From Patescibacteria group bacterium (GTDB taxonomy: Bacteria > Patescibacteriota > Minisyncoccia > Minisyncoccales > Staskawiczbacteraceae), in contig JAKLDQ010000002.1 in the NCBI GenBank assembly GCA_022703425.1, forward strand, positions 12,876 to 76,875: a stretch of DNA of 64,000 bases, in the 5' to 3' direction. How positions within the stretch are numbered: position 1 is the first letter of the stretch; each line of letters begins with the position of its first letter. The notes under the pieces were generated by a model. It had not been told where the DNA came from and ran no database searches. It saw nothing but the letters and a program-made list of their open reading frames with translations. The position numbers and the translations under genes were made by a program. Below, piece by piece: positions 27,205-36,370 of the stretch.

Positions 27205-28239
27205 ATGAAAACAATAAAAGACGCAGACGTCACAGGCAAGAAAGTTTTAGTGAGATGCGATTTCAATGTTCCCTTGGACGAAAACGGGAACATTTTAGAT
27301 AATTTCAGAATAAAAGAAACCGCTCCGACAATAAATTATTTAGCCGATAAAGGCGCACGAGTCATTTTAATGTCTCACCTTGGAGATCCGGAGGGATTTT
27401 CTGTGAATCTCACTTTAGACAAGGTAAAAGAATCTTTGTCGCAAATCCTTGGCAGAGAAATAAAAAAAGCAAATGACTGCACGGGCGAGGAGGTAAAAAA
27501 GATGACTCAATCCCTGCTGGATGGAGAGATTTTAATTTTAGAGAACTTGAGATTTAACAAAGAAGAGGCCGAAAACAATCAGGAATTTGCAAAACAGCTT
27601 GCCGGTCTTGCCGATATTTATATAAACGAGGCGTTTTCTGTCTGCCACAGAGAACATGCCTCAATTGCCAGTGTTCCTTTCTATTTGCCTGCATATGCAG
27701 GTTTTTTGCTTGAGAAAGAGATTGTAAGCCTGGAAAGAGTTTACAAAGATCCGGAAAAGCCCATGATTGCCATAATCGGAGGGAAAAAAGTTGAAACAAA
27801 AATAAAAGTCATAGACAGGTTGTCAGAAAGATCAACTTTTGTTATAATTAGCGGCCTGATAAAAAAAGAGGCAGATGAAAAGAAAATCCCTTTTATTCTT
27901 CCCGAAAAAATTGTCGCTCCAACAGGAAATTTATCAGATTTTGATATCAGCGATGAAACAATTGAATTATTCAAAGAAAAAATATTGACAGCTAAAACCG
28001 TATTATGGAACGGGCCTTTTGGAAAGACAGAAGATGAGCAGTATTGCAAAGGCACGCTTGCTATTGCCAATGCTATTGTCGAGAGCGGGGCGTTTTCTTT
28101 GGCAGGAGGGGGAGAAACAATTGAATTTCTGGACAGGCACGGACTTACTGAAAAATTTTCGCATGTATCAACGGGTGGAGGCGCAATGCTGTCATTTTTA
28201 GCCGGGGAAGAACTGCCAGGATTGAAGGCATTAAATTAA
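27205..28239 (+). CDS. pgk: Phosphoglycerate kinase (short form, 344 aa)
   Basis: VRCDFNVP, SHLGDP and STGGGAMLSFL motifs. Confidence 0.85.
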   Translation: MKTIKDADVTGKKVLVRCDFNVPLDENGNILDNFRIKETAPTINYLADKGARVILMSHLGDPEGFSVNLTLDKVKESLSQILGREIKKANDCTGEEVKKMTQSLLDGEILILENLRFNKEEAENNQEFAKQLAGLADIYINEAFSVCHREHASIASVPFYLPAYAGFLLEKEIVSLERVYKDPEKPMIAIIGGKKVETKIKVIDRLSERSTFVIISGLIKKEADEKKIPFILPEKIVAPTGNLSDFDISDETIELFKEKILTAKTVLWNGPFGKTEDEQYCKGTLAIANAIVESGAFSLAGGGETIEFLDRHGLTEKFSHVSTGGGAMLSFLAGEELPGLKALN

Positions 28240-28242
28240 CTT

Positions 28243-29394
28243 ATGTATAAGATAAAAAACATTGAGAAGGCCGCCGAGAGAATCAGGCAGGCCGTTAATA
28301 ATAATGAAAGGATAATAATTTACGGCGATTCGGATTTGGACGGAATTTCATCTGCTGTAATAGTTGAAGAAGCAATTAAAAATTTGGGCGGGCAGGTGTG
28401 CCGCGTCTTTTTCCCTGACAGGGAAAAAGACGGCTACGGGGTAAATCTCAAAGCGCTGGAGCTTTTAAAAAAAGATGCTCCGGCTCTTTTTATAACTTTG
28501 GATCTGGGTATCGGAAATGTAAAAGAAGCCGAGCTTGCAAAAAAAATCGGATTTGAAATGATAATCGTTGACCATCACGAGCCTCTCGACGGAGTTCCTG
28601 ATGTTTACACAATAGTTGATCCAAAGCAAAAAGACGACCCTTATCCTTTCAAACAGTTCGCAAACGTTGGAATTGCCTTCCGGCTCTGCGAAGAACTGCT
28701 CGGCAAAAATATGTCGCCCACGTTAAGAAACAGCTTTTTGGAGCTTGCCGCACTGGGAACAATTGCCGACATGGTTCCCCAAATCGAAGAAAACCAAAAA
28801 ATAATAGAAGAAGGGCTAAGGTCATTAAAGAATACATTCAGGCCGGGATTAAAAGTTTTTTGGGATATATTCGGCAAAGGCGCGATATTGGACGGTTCGC
28901 TGTTAAAAATAATTTCTGCGTTAAATGCCTCAGAGAGCGAAACATTTGAAAATGATTCTTATATGCTGTTAACCAGCGGCTCTGCAGAAAGATGCCGTGA
29001 GCTTGCCCAAAAGCTCGTTGATAAAAACCAGTACAAACAACAGCAGGTTAAAAATATAGTCCATGAAATAGAAAGAAGAATTTCACAAAAACCAAAGGAG
29101 CCGATTATTTTTGAGGGCGATCCGGCATGGCGCCTGACTCTTGCGGGTTCTGTCGCCTCGATTATTTCGCAAAAATATGAAAAGCCCACATTTGTTTTTA
29201 AAAAGGGCGACTCGGAATCATGCGGTTCTGTAAGAAATCCGAAACATACAAATTCGGTTGAGGCGATGAAAACCTGCGATGGAATTTTAATAACATACGG
29301 CGGACACACGCAGGCATCGGGCTTCCGGATAAAAAATGAAAATCTCGAAGAATTTAAAAAAGGGTTAAGCCGGTATTTTCAAAAGAAAAAGTAA
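28243..29394 (+). CDS. DHH-family phosphoesterase (RecJ/NrnA-like)
   Basis: DHH motifs YGDSDLDGISS, DLG, VDHHEP and GGHTQASG. Confidence 0.75.
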   Translation: MYKIKNIEKAAERIRQAVNNNERIIIYGDSDLDGISSAVIVEEAIKNLGGQVCRVFFPDREKDGYGVNLKALELLKKDAPALFITLDLGIGNVKEAELAKKIGFEMIIVDHHEPLDGVPDVYTIVDPKQKDDPYPFKQFANVGIAFRLCEELLGKNMSPTLRNSFLELAALGTIADMVPQIEENQKIIEEGLRSLKNTFRPGLKVFWDIFGKGAILDGSLLKIISALNASESETFENDSYMLLTSGSAERCRELAQKLVDKNQYKQQQVKNIVHEIERRISQKPKEPIIFEGDPAWRLTLAGSVASIISQKYEKPTFVFKKGDSESCGSVRNPKHTNSVEAMKTCDGILITYGGHTQASGFRIKNENLEEFKKGLSRYFQKKK

Positions 29395-29409
29395 AATGAA
29401 ACTAAAAAA

Positions 29410-29435
29410 GCCCCGCGTTCGCGCGCGGGGCTTTT
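29410..29435. terminator. Bidirectional rho-independent terminator
   Basis: gccccgcg / cgcggggc 8-bp GC stem with an A-run upstream and a T-run downstream. It sits between convergent genes. Confidence 0.8.
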
Positions 29436-29438
29436 ATT

Positions 29439-29804
29439 TTATTTCAACGGCTGATTATGCCCTCCAAACATGCTTTCAATACTGTAATAAAATGTTTCCT
29501 GATATTCAGGAATGCTGTTATAAATTTTTGGATCCATCGTTCGCGCGAATTCCTCCTTGTTTGTTTTATGCAAATCGTCTTTGTCTTTTATACATTTTCT
29601 GGTGCAATCCAGTTTTGATTCGTAGAAATCATCATTATATTGCCAGACGCTTCCGTAAATATTTTCGCAATCGTAAAACTCGCATTGCATTTTTATAACC
29701 GTATTTCTTTTTCCGTTCTGAAATGCAAAAACAGCCCCGTAAATAATCCCAAATAGAACAACAAACAATAACAAAGTAAATTTTATAAAACCTTTTGACT
29801 CCAT
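29439..29804 (-). CDS. Membrane-anchored Cys-containing hypothetical protein
   Basis: N-terminal TM (FIKFTLLLFVVLFGIIYGAVFAF). I preferred it to the antisense ORF at 29396-29698, which starts inside the terminator. Confidence 0.5.
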   Translation of the reverse strand: MESKGFIKFTLLLFVVLFGIIYGAVFAFQNGKRNTVIKMQCEFYDCENIYGSVWQYNDDFYESKLDCTRKCIKDKDDLHKTNKEEFARTMDPKIYNSIPEYQETFYYSIESMFGGHNQPLK

Positions 29805-29869
29805 ATTAGTAAATTATATACCAAATTTGAACAAACAAAAAACAGGGCCTTAAACCCTGTCCTTTGGTG

Positions 29870-30252
29870 CCTCAGCAAGACCATAAGCCGAATTCTGTTT
29901 TATGTGATCATCTGTCTGTCCTCGGCATTACTGCCGGAATCAAGCGAACTACTTTTAACCCTTCAACAAGCTTCAAGGCAAGCAACCAATTGGTTTTTTG
30001 TTTACCCTGAGCTTGCCGAAGGGCTTTGTTCTTGCGCCCGATAAGGATTTAGCCGTTTCATTTTTACATTGCTGTAAAACTATTCCCTGAAGGAATGCCA
30101 GGCCTTTCAGCCTGTGCCGTTTCTGTTCGCACCTCGCGCATTACTGCGGACGGCTGTTAGCCGCTATCTTTTTAGATCCCTTGCGGGAAATGGGTGTTCG
30201 GACTTTCCTCCCTGCCTACATTACATAGGAGAGCGATCACTCATCTTGCTAA
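29870..30252 (-). ncRNA. rnpB: RNase P RNA (bacterial type A-like)
   Basis: The reverse complement reads AGCAAGATGAG...GGGAGGAAAGTCCGAACACC...ACAGAATTCGGCTTATGGTCTTGCT. This covers the conserved P4 strands and P1 pairing (AGCAAGA/TCTTGCT). A terminator hairpin follows at about 29838-29866. Ends are approximate. Confidence 0.85.
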
Positions 30253-30262
30253 GGCATTTTCA

Positions 30263-30291
30263 TAATATAATGCAAAACTGCTTTTTGTCAA
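30263..30291 (-). promoter_or_regulatory. Promoter of rnpB
   Basis: On the minus strand: ttgaca, 17 nt, atatta. It is placed about 10 nt upstream of the predicted RNA 5' end. Confidence 0.65.
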
Positions 30292-30350
30292 GATTAGTGC
30301 CTGTTTATTCGAGAATTGCCAATCAAAAATAAAAAGATTAATATAAAATA

Positions 30351-31049
30351 ATGGATTTAGAGCCAAATAAAGGTAAAAACCTGGCTATCAGCGTTGACGG
30401 AAAGATCTACGCAAGGTACCCGGTAAAGACAAAATTAATCACTCCTGAAGACAAAGATATCAGCGAAATAGCCGAGCAATATGCAAAAAAATATCTTGAA
30501 AATGAAGATATTGTTTTTATTTCCGAGAAGGCAGTCGCAGTAACCCAAGGCAGGTCATATCCCTTAAATGAAATCAAACCCTCAAAACTGGCGGTGTTTT
30601 TGTCGGGCAAAGTTACCAAAACGCCCGTGGGTATCGGGCTGGGAAGTCCGCAAACTATGCAACTCGCAATTGAGGAAGTCGGGGTTTTAAGAATACTTTT
30701 GGCTTCTTTCATCGGAGCGGTCGGAAAACTATTCGGGGTAAGAGGGCTTTTTTATATTGTTGCAGGCGATAAGGCGCGCTCGATTGACGGAGCTGTCGAA
30801 TATGCAATTCCGCCTTATAACAATTATGTTTCAAAAGGGCCGGTAAATCCGGACGATGTTGCCAGAAAAGTTTCACAAAAATTAAATGCAAAAGTGGCCA
30901 TTGTAGATGCGAACGATTTGGGCGTTAATATTTTGGGTGCTTCGGAAGGCGTTGATAAAAAATTCGTTGCGAGAGCAATAAAGGACAATCCGCTCGGCCA
31001 GACAGACGAATGCACGCCGATCGGAATTATCCGGAAAATTTCTACATAA
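30351..31049 (+). CDS. CofE/F420-0:gamma-glutamyl ligase-like domain protein
   Basis: DIVFISEKAVAVTQGR and the later IVDANDLG region resemble the F420_ligase fold. This is a by-eye call only. Confidence 0.45.
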   Translation: MDLEPNKGKNLAISVDGKIYARYPVKTKLITPEDKDISEIAEQYAKKYLENEDIVFISEKAVAVTQGRSYPLNEIKPSKLAVFLSGKVTKTPVGIGLGSPQTMQLAIEEVGVLRILLASFIGAVGKLFGVRGLFYIVAGDKARSIDGAVEYAIPPYNNYVSKGPVNPDDVARKVSQKLNAKVAIVDANDLGVNILGASEGVDKKFVARAIKDNPLGQTDECTPIGIIRKIST

Positions 31050-31056
31050 TTTTTTT

Positions 31057-32724
31057 ATGATTGATAAATTTTTTAAAAAGATCTCAAATCACACTACAGA
31101 AAAAATAAGCGCCGCAGCACTGATAATTTCGATTGCATCATTTTTAAGCTTTTTGCTGGGCTTGTTGAGAGACAGGCTTCTTACCGCTACATTCGGCGCA
31201 GGAAACACTTTGGATGTCTATTATACCGCCTTCAGGATTCCGGACTTTGTTGCGATGGTCTTAATGCTCGGGGCGATCAGCGTCGCCGTAATTCCGATTT
31301 TTACACAAAATCTGGTGAAGGACAAAGAAAAAGCTTTTTATTATTTTGCAAACATTTTAAATCTTTTTTTGGTTTCACTGATAATTGTGTGCGCAGTCTT
31401 GTTTATTTTCACCCCCCAGCTCATTTCGCTCATAGCCCCAGGGTTTTCTGCAGAAAAAAAAGAAACAACAATTCTGCTTACACGGATAATGTTTTTAAGT
31501 CCGATTCTTATGGGGCTGAGCAACATGATTTCAGCCATACTGATGGTCTTCAAGAGATTTCTGATTACCTCTGTTTCTCCGATACTTTACAATCTGGGAA
31601 GCATCATTGGTATTGTCTTTTTTGTTCCCAAAATGGGAATTCACGGGCTGGCATGGGGTATAGTCCTGGGCGCAATAATGCACCTCCTGGTGCAGATTCC
31701 GGCGCTGTTTAAGATTGGTTTTAAATTCAAGCCGATTTTTAATTTTTTGGATAAAGATTTTTTGCTCACGCTGGAGCTTACTGTTCCGCGGGCAATCGGC
31801 CTTACTGCAACCCAGATTAACCTTATTATCGTAACAGCCATCGGCTCTACCCTTGTGGCCGGATCTGTTAGCGTTTTCAGCCTGGCAAATGATTTGTCCG
31901 CCCCCATAATCGGCTTGATAGCCATCCCTTTTGCGACAGCTGTTTTTCCGGCGCTCTCATTGGCAATTTCAAAAAACGACGAAAAGGATTTTCTTGAAAA
32001 ATTTAATTCCAGCCTCAGGCAGATACTGTTTTTGATAATTCCGGCCTCCGGCCTTTGTTTCATATTAAGAGCACACTTGGTGAGAATTGTTTTTGGTGCC
32101 GGAGCTTTTGACTGGACAGCGACAAAGCTGACGGCCGCCTGTTTTGGCGTTTTTATGTTTTCACTTTTTGCGCAGGGATTGATTTATCTTGTTTCGAAAG
32201 CTTTTTATGCAATGAAAAACACCTGGATTCCCGCCACAGTCAGCATTATCAGCATTGCTGTCCTTCCGTTGCTTGCATACACTTTTGTCCATTATCTTTC
32301 ATTTCCAAACGCTTTTTCAGATTTTATTTCACTTGCGCTTAAAATCGACCGGGTCAAAAACATGGCTGTAATCGGCCTGCCTCTTGCTGTTTCAATTGAC
32401 GCAATTGTCCAGATTACTTTGCTTATGATTTTTTTCAGATTGAAAAACAAGGGCTTTCATTTCAGAAATCTGTTTGTCTTCTTCTGCAAAGTTTTGTCGG
32501 CAACAATTATTGCGACGTTTGCTACGTACGGGATCCGCCAAATTTTCGGCGGATTTCTCGGAAGCGAAACACTTTTGGTTTTGTTTTTCCAGACGGCAAT
32601 TGTGGGAATTCTCGGATTGCTAATGTATCTTTTAATCGCGTTGATTATGAAAATTGAAGAGGTCAAACACCTTAGAGCATACATTATTTCCCAAACGGGA
32701 ACTCTATTAAACGGAAGAAAATAG
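31057..32724 (+). CDS. murJ: Lipid II flippase MurJ/MviN
   Basis: About 14 TM segments. The conserved N-terminus reads LLGLLRDRLLTATFGAGNTLDVYYTAFRIP. Confidence 0.85.
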   Translation: MIDKFFKKISNHTTEKISAAALIISIASFLSFLLGLLRDRLLTATFGAGNTLDVYYTAFRIPDFVAMVLMLGAISVAVIPIFTQNLVKDKEKAFYYFANILNLFLVSLIIVCAVLFIFTPQLISLIAPGFSAEKKETTILLTRIMFLSPILMGLSNMISAILMVFKRFLITSVSPILYNLGSIIGIVFFVPKMGIHGLAWGIVLGAIMHLLVQIPALFKIGFKFKPIFNFLDKDFLLTLELTVPRAIGLTATQINLIIVTAIGSTLVAGSVSVFSLANDLSAPIIGLIAIPFATAVFPALSLAISKNDEKDFLEKFNSSLRQILFLIIPASGLCFILRAHLVRIVFGAGAFDWTATKLTAACFGVFMFSLFAQGLIYLVSKAFYAMKNTWIPATVSIISIAVLPLLAYTFVHYLSFPNAFSDFISLALKIDRVKNMAVIGLPLAVSIDAIVQITLLMIFFRLKNKGFHFRNLFVFFCKVLSATIIATFATYGIRQIFGGFLGSETLLVLFFQTAIVGILGLLMYLLIALIMKIEEVKHLRAYIISQTGTLLNGRK

Positions 32725-32735
32725 TTTTAATAAAA

Positions 32736-32975
32736 ATGGACGGGGGTTTTAGGGAAAAAATTTCGATAGGAATGGAAGTGGATATTGTGTTGAAGAAAGA
32801 CCAGCCGACAGGAAAACTGACGCACGGGAAAGTGATGCGTATTTTGACCAGTAAGAAAATCCACCCGAGAGGAATAAAAGTTATGCTTGAAGACGGGCAG
32901 GTCGGGCGCGTGCAAAAGGTGTATCCCAAATTTCCCAAAATTAACGGCCAGGAATATCAGGAGGGCCTCACATAG
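32736..32975 (+). CDS. YwbE-family small protein (DUF2196)
   Basis: GMEVDIVLKKDQPTGKLTHGKV...HPRGIKVMLEDGQVGRVQKV. Confidence 0.7.
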   Translation: MDGGFREKISIGMEVDIVLKKDQPTGKLTHGKVMRILTSKKIHPRGIKVMLEDGQVGRVQKVYPKFPKINGQEYQEGLT

Positions 32976-33055
32976 TCGCTGAAAAGGCGATTTTTTGGTA
33001 GAATGATTGAATATTATTTTAATATAATATTAATAAAATATTATTAGTGTAAAGT

Positions 33056-34189
33056 ATGGCTAAAAAAATTTTTGCGCTGGCGCTTGTGGCAGTGTTGCTG
33101 TCTCCGCTCTCAGCGTACGGAGCCGTTTTCCAAGGGGGTGAAACATATTACCTGCAGTCTGGAACTACGGTAGATGATAATTTATATGCCGGAGGCGGAA
33201 CCGTCGGGATAAACGGGGCGGTTAACGGCGATTTGATGGCAGGCGGAGGAAGTGTCAGTATTTTGGGGCCGGTTTCCGGAGATGTTGCGCTGGCCGGAGG
33301 GCAAATCAGTGTTAATTCTCAAATCGGGGGTGATGTCAGAATTGCAGGAGGAAATATTACAGTTATGAAATCTGTCGCGGGAGATCTGGTTATAGCCGGG
33401 GGGCAGATCAGCGTTTTGCCGGACTCTTCAATCGGCAAGGACGCAAAAATTTTTGGAGGAACTATTAATTATTCCGCAAGCACTGCCGGGAATCTTGAGA
33501 TAAGAGGAGGCGTGGTTCTTGTTGACGGCCCTGTTGCAGGCAATCTTTCTGTTTATGCAGAGGATGTAAAGCTCGGCCCGAATGCAAAAATCAGCGGAAA
33601 TTTCGATTATTATTCGCAAAAGCAGGCAATCCTGGAACAAGGAGCTTCTGTAAGCGGACAGACAAACTTTCACAAAACAACAGTTCCGGCGAGGCAGGAA
33701 TCAAAGAAAGCATTTGCCGGTTTTCTGACCGGCTGGTGGCTTATTAAATCATTGGCTTTGATTATCGCCGGCTTAATACTCATATATGTTTTTGGCTCTG
33801 TGACAAAGGCGGTTGTGGAGGAATCTGCAAAAAATTTCTGGAAAGAGGCGCTTTTGGGTTTTGCGATTTTGGTTGCCGTTCCGTTTGCAATTATAATTTC
33901 GTTTTTCTCGGTGGTCGGAATTTTCCTCGGATTTCTTTTAATTCCGATTTATATTGCGCACATTTTGATTGCTGCGGTAATCGCCCCGATGACTTTTGCC
34001 CGTCTGGCGCTGAAATATGTTTTTAGAAAAGAAAATTTTGAAATTAACTGGTGGGTGCTTGCGGTGTCGGTATTGGCCTTTGGATTGATTTCGATGATTC
34101 CTGTTATCGGCTGGCTGTTCGGATTTGTAATATTCCTTTCAGCATTTGGAAGCGTGTCTTCTTATATATACAGGCGCGCGCGGGGATAA
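33056..34189 (+). CDS. Secreted/membrane protein with bactofilin-like (polymer-forming cytoskeletal-like) Gly-rich repeats and C-terminal multi-TM domain
   Basis: Signal peptide. Repeated GDxxxAGGxISV units. 4-5 TM helices at the C-terminus. Confidence 0.55.
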   Translation: MAKKIFALALVAVLLSPLSAYGAVFQGGETYYLQSGTTVDDNLYAGGGTVGINGAVNGDLMAGGGSVSILGPVSGDVALAGGQISVNSQIGGDVRIAGGNITVMKSVAGDLVIAGGQISVLPDSSIGKDAKIFGGTINYSASTAGNLEIRGGVVLVDGPVAGNLSVYAEDVKLGPNAKISGNFDYYSQKQAILEQGASVSGQTNFHKTTVPARQESKKAFAGFLTGWWLIKSLALIIAGLILIYVFGSVTKAVVEESAKNFWKEALLGFAILVAVPFAIIISFFSVVGIFLGFLLIPIYIAHILIAAVIAPMTFARLALKYVFRKENFEINWWVLAVSVLAFGLISMIPVIGWLFGFVIFLSAFGSVSSYIYRRARG

Positions 34190-34208
34190 AATTATTTTTT
34201 AAAAAATT

Positions 34209-34421
34209 ATGGCAGAAGGAGAAACAACAAACGTAAAATGTAAATGCAATTGTAACGCAAGTGCTGCGGGAGGGGGAATTTACGGGCTGGCATTTATCGG
34301 CGCTTTGGTGTATTATCTTCAGCATTCGGCGACTTTCGTTGACGGAGTCTGGGGATTTTTAAAGGCGCTCGTCTGGCCGGCGATAATGGCATTTAAATTT
34401 TTGGAATTTTTGTACAGATGA
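34209..34421 (+). CDS. Small 2-TM membrane protein
   Basis: GGGIYGLAFIGALVYYL and ALVWPAIMAF hydrophobic segments. ATGA overlap with the next gene. Confidence 0.5.
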   Translation: MAEGETTNVKCKCNCNASAAGGGIYGLAFIGALVYYLQHSATFVDGVWGFLKALVWPAIMAFKFLEFLYR

Positions 34422-34906
34422 ACAAAACAGCGGCAATAATTATTTTGGCGGTGGTGGTTGCGTTTTCCACTTTTGTGTGGCTTTCGTCCGAAAGGTATGA
34501 CCTGTATTTTCCAAAGGGCGTGAACGCGGAGATCTTTCTGAACCTGAGCGGAAAAAATTTAAGCAGAATTCCCGAATATGTGTTTTCACGGACGGAACTG
34601 CAGGAATTGGATGTCTCAAACAACAAACTGACCGGTGCAATCCAGGCAGAAATAAGGCATTTAAAAAATTTGAAAATATTGCGCGCCGGCAACAATGAAA
34701 TGACAGGAGTGCCTGCCGAAATCGGACAGCTGCAAAAACTGGAAATTTTGGACCTTTCCAATAATCTGCTCACCGGCCTTCCGCAGGAGCTCGGAAATCT
34801 GAAAAATTTAAAAATTTTAAATTTATCAGGAAATCAGTACTCGCAACAGGATCTGAATTACATAAGAAGCAGGCTTCCGGCGACGACGCAAATTATTACA
34901 AAATAA
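34418..34906 (+). CDS. Membrane-anchored leucine-rich-repeat protein
   Basis: N-terminal TM. About five LRRs follow (LxxLxLSNNxLTGxP). Confidence 0.75.
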   Translation: MNKTAAIIILAVVVAFSTFVWLSSERYDLYFPKGVNAEIFLNLSGKNLSRIPEYVFSRTELQELDVSNNKLTGAIQAEIRHLKNLKILRAGNNEMTGVPAEIGQLQKLEILDLSNNLLTGLPQELGNLKNLKILNLSGNQYSQQDLNYIRSRLPATTQIITK

Positions 34907-34910
34907 AAAA

Positions 34911-34939
34911 ACCGCGCCTTTGTGGGGCGTGGTTTTTTA
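34911..34939 (+). terminator. Rho-independent terminator
   Basis: accgcgcc / ggcgtggt stem followed by T6. Confidence 0.7.
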
Positions 34940-35011
34940 TTTGACGCAATCTCAAAAAGGAGTAGAATGGCTCAAACGGCTCCTTTAAAAGTTTCTCAGA
35001 AAGGAGGCAAA

Positions 35012-35086
35012 ATGAAGCCAAAAACCTTGTTTTTGATATTGGTCTTTCTGCTTCTGCTTTTTGTTCTGATTCCGGCTTTGTTCTAA
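35012..35086 (+). CDS. Possible 24-aa hydrophobic peptide (MKPKTLFLILVFLLLLFVLIPALF)
   Basis: Strong SD aaaggagg 5 nt upstream of the ATG. Not in the ORF track because it is under 60 aa. Confidence 0.4.
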   Translation: MKPKTLFLILVFLLLLFVLIPALF

Positions 35087-35110
35087 CCCGCAAAAACCGA
35101 GAGGTGATTT

Positions 35111-35311
35111 ATGTCGAGCTCTGCCGATTTTGTGCCTCTCACGAGGAGGCAAAGAGACGCTGTGTGGTCTGCAATTTCAAAAAACATGGATGACGATGAC
35201 AGAGATCCGCATGAGGTGATCAGGGAGGATTTCAACGGCAACGAAGACGCCTATTTGCGTAGAATGGCCAGATGGCACGAAGTGAATCTCAACGAGGTTG
35301 AGGGAGAATAA
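35111..35311 (+). CDS. Acidic 66-aa hypothetical protein
   Basis: SD-like gagaggtga upstream. The strong palindromic terminator at 35318-35349 follows. Confidence 0.55.
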   Translation: MSSSADFVPLTRRQRDAVWSAISKNMDDDDRDPHEVIREDFNGNEDAYLRRMARWHEVNLNEVEGE

Positions 35312-35317
35312 TTTTTT

Positions 35318-35349
35318 GCGCGCGGTTCCGCGGAACCGCGCGCTTTTTT
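35318..35349 (+). terminator. Rho-independent terminator
   Basis: gcgcgcggttc / gaaccgcgcgc stem followed by T6. Confidence 0.85.
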
Positions 35350-35411
35350 GTTTGAAAAATTTTTGTCTGCGCAAGTCAGTATTATTTTATTACTATTTAA
35401 ATTTTAAAAAT

Positions 35412-35705
35412 ATGTTAATTGTGCGAGAGACGTTTATTGCAAAACCCGGGCACGCCGGCCATTTTGCAAAAATGATGCGCGAGGAAATGAACAAATGGGG
35501 AGGATTTAAAGGATATGTGATGCTCGACTATGTTGCGCGTTATAATAAAATTGTAGTTGAATACGAATTAAGCAATCTGGCTGACTTTGAAAAAATGATG
35601 GATGATTACAAAAAAGAGCAGTCGCAAAAAGAATCAAAAGAACCCCCCGAATATACGCAATATTATTTAACGGGCAAGCGCGAGATTTATAAAATAGTTG
35701 AGTAA
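35412..35705 (+). CDS. 97-aa hypothetical protein (possibly a dimeric alpha/beta-barrel-like fold)
   Basis: I chose the ATG at 35412, downstream of the terminator. The track start at 35298 would read through that terminator. Confidence 0.5.
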   Translation: MLIVRETFIAKPGHAGHFAKMMREEMNKWGGFKGYVMLDYVARYNKIVVEYELSNLADFEKMMDDYKKEQSQKESKEPPEYTQYYLTGKREIYKIVE

Positions 35706-35767
35706 GACGGTCGTATAACTGGTGGCTGGCATGAAGTTGGTCAGATTTTCAATCCGGGAGAAAAGTC

Positions 35768-35980
35768 ATGGTTATTCTGGGATTAAGATGTCCGAAGTGC
35801 GGAGGAAACTCGATTGAGTGTACAAGAAGTTCCGGTCGCGGAGTGCTTGTTTTAAACAGATTCAAACACAAATGCAAGAAACGCGGATGCGGATTTGAAA
35901 CTGTTTACGCAAGCAATCATCGTGCAGTTTTTGGGCGTCCCGCCTTTTGCCCTCTTTGCAGCAGTCTTCACGAGCAATAG
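35768..35980 (+). CDS. Small multi-Cys zinc-ribbon protein, paralog 1
   Basis: GLRCPKCGGNSIEC...HKCKKRGCG...FCPLCSS. Confidence 0.6.
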   Translation: MVILGLRCPKCGGNSIECTRSSGRGVLVLNRFKHKCKKRGCGFETVYASNHRAVFGRPAFCPLCSSLHEQ

Positions 35981-36032
35981 CGTCTTTGCGGGGATTGGGC
36001 AGTGGATTTGTCCTTTACGGGAGGAGATCACG

Positions 36033-36251
36033 ATGATTTCAGGATTAAGATGTCCGATGTGCGGCGAAAACACCGTGGAGTGCGAAAGAAAATCTGTCTT
36101 TATGGGCTTTGCTGTTTATGACAGTTTTATACATGTATGCAAAAATCCTGGATGCAGACACATTGTTGAGTCAAACTGTCATTACGGAGGCCTGCTCGGT
36201 CATGCATTCTGCCCGATGTGCAGACAAACGCACGTTATTGGCAGAGAATAG
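36033..36251 (+). CDS. Small multi-Cys zinc-ribbon protein, paralog 2
   Basis: GLRCPMCGENTVEC...HVCKNPGCR...FCPMCRQ. SD ggaggag upstream of the ATG at 36033. Same Cys spacing as paralog 1. Confidence 0.6.
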   Translation: MISGLRCPMCGENTVECERKSVFMGFAVYDSFIHVCKNPGCRHIVESNCHYGGLLGHAFCPMCRQTHVIGRE

Positions 36252-36255
36252 AGTT

Positions 36256-36290
36256 CGGCCCCGGAGTATGTTGTCTATCCGGGGCCTTTT
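36256..36290 (+). terminator. Rho-independent terminator
   Basis: ggccccgga / tccggggcc stem followed by a T-run. Confidence 0.7.
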
Positions 36291-36297
36291 CGGTAGG

Positions 36298-36326
36298 TTG
36301 ACTTATTTAATATTTTATTTTATACT
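36298..36326 (+). promoter_or_regulatory. Near-consensus promoter of ClpP-like gene
   Basis: ttgact, 17 nt, tatact. Confidence 0.6.
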
Positions 36327-36370
36327 TTAGAATTCGCACCTTTAATTCCCATGCCAGCGAAGGAGAACAC

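Noticed and set aside
29396-29698. 100-aa plus-strand ORF overlapping the minus-strand 121-aa gene
   Set aside because: It starts inside the bidirectional terminator hairpin and has an odd Cys/Arg/Phe-rich composition. The minus-strand ORF has a credible TM anchor. Even so, the minus call is only moderate confidence.
30114-30332. 72-aa plus-strand ORF
   Set aside because: It is antisense to the RNase P RNA gene and its promoter. The region is explained by rnpB.
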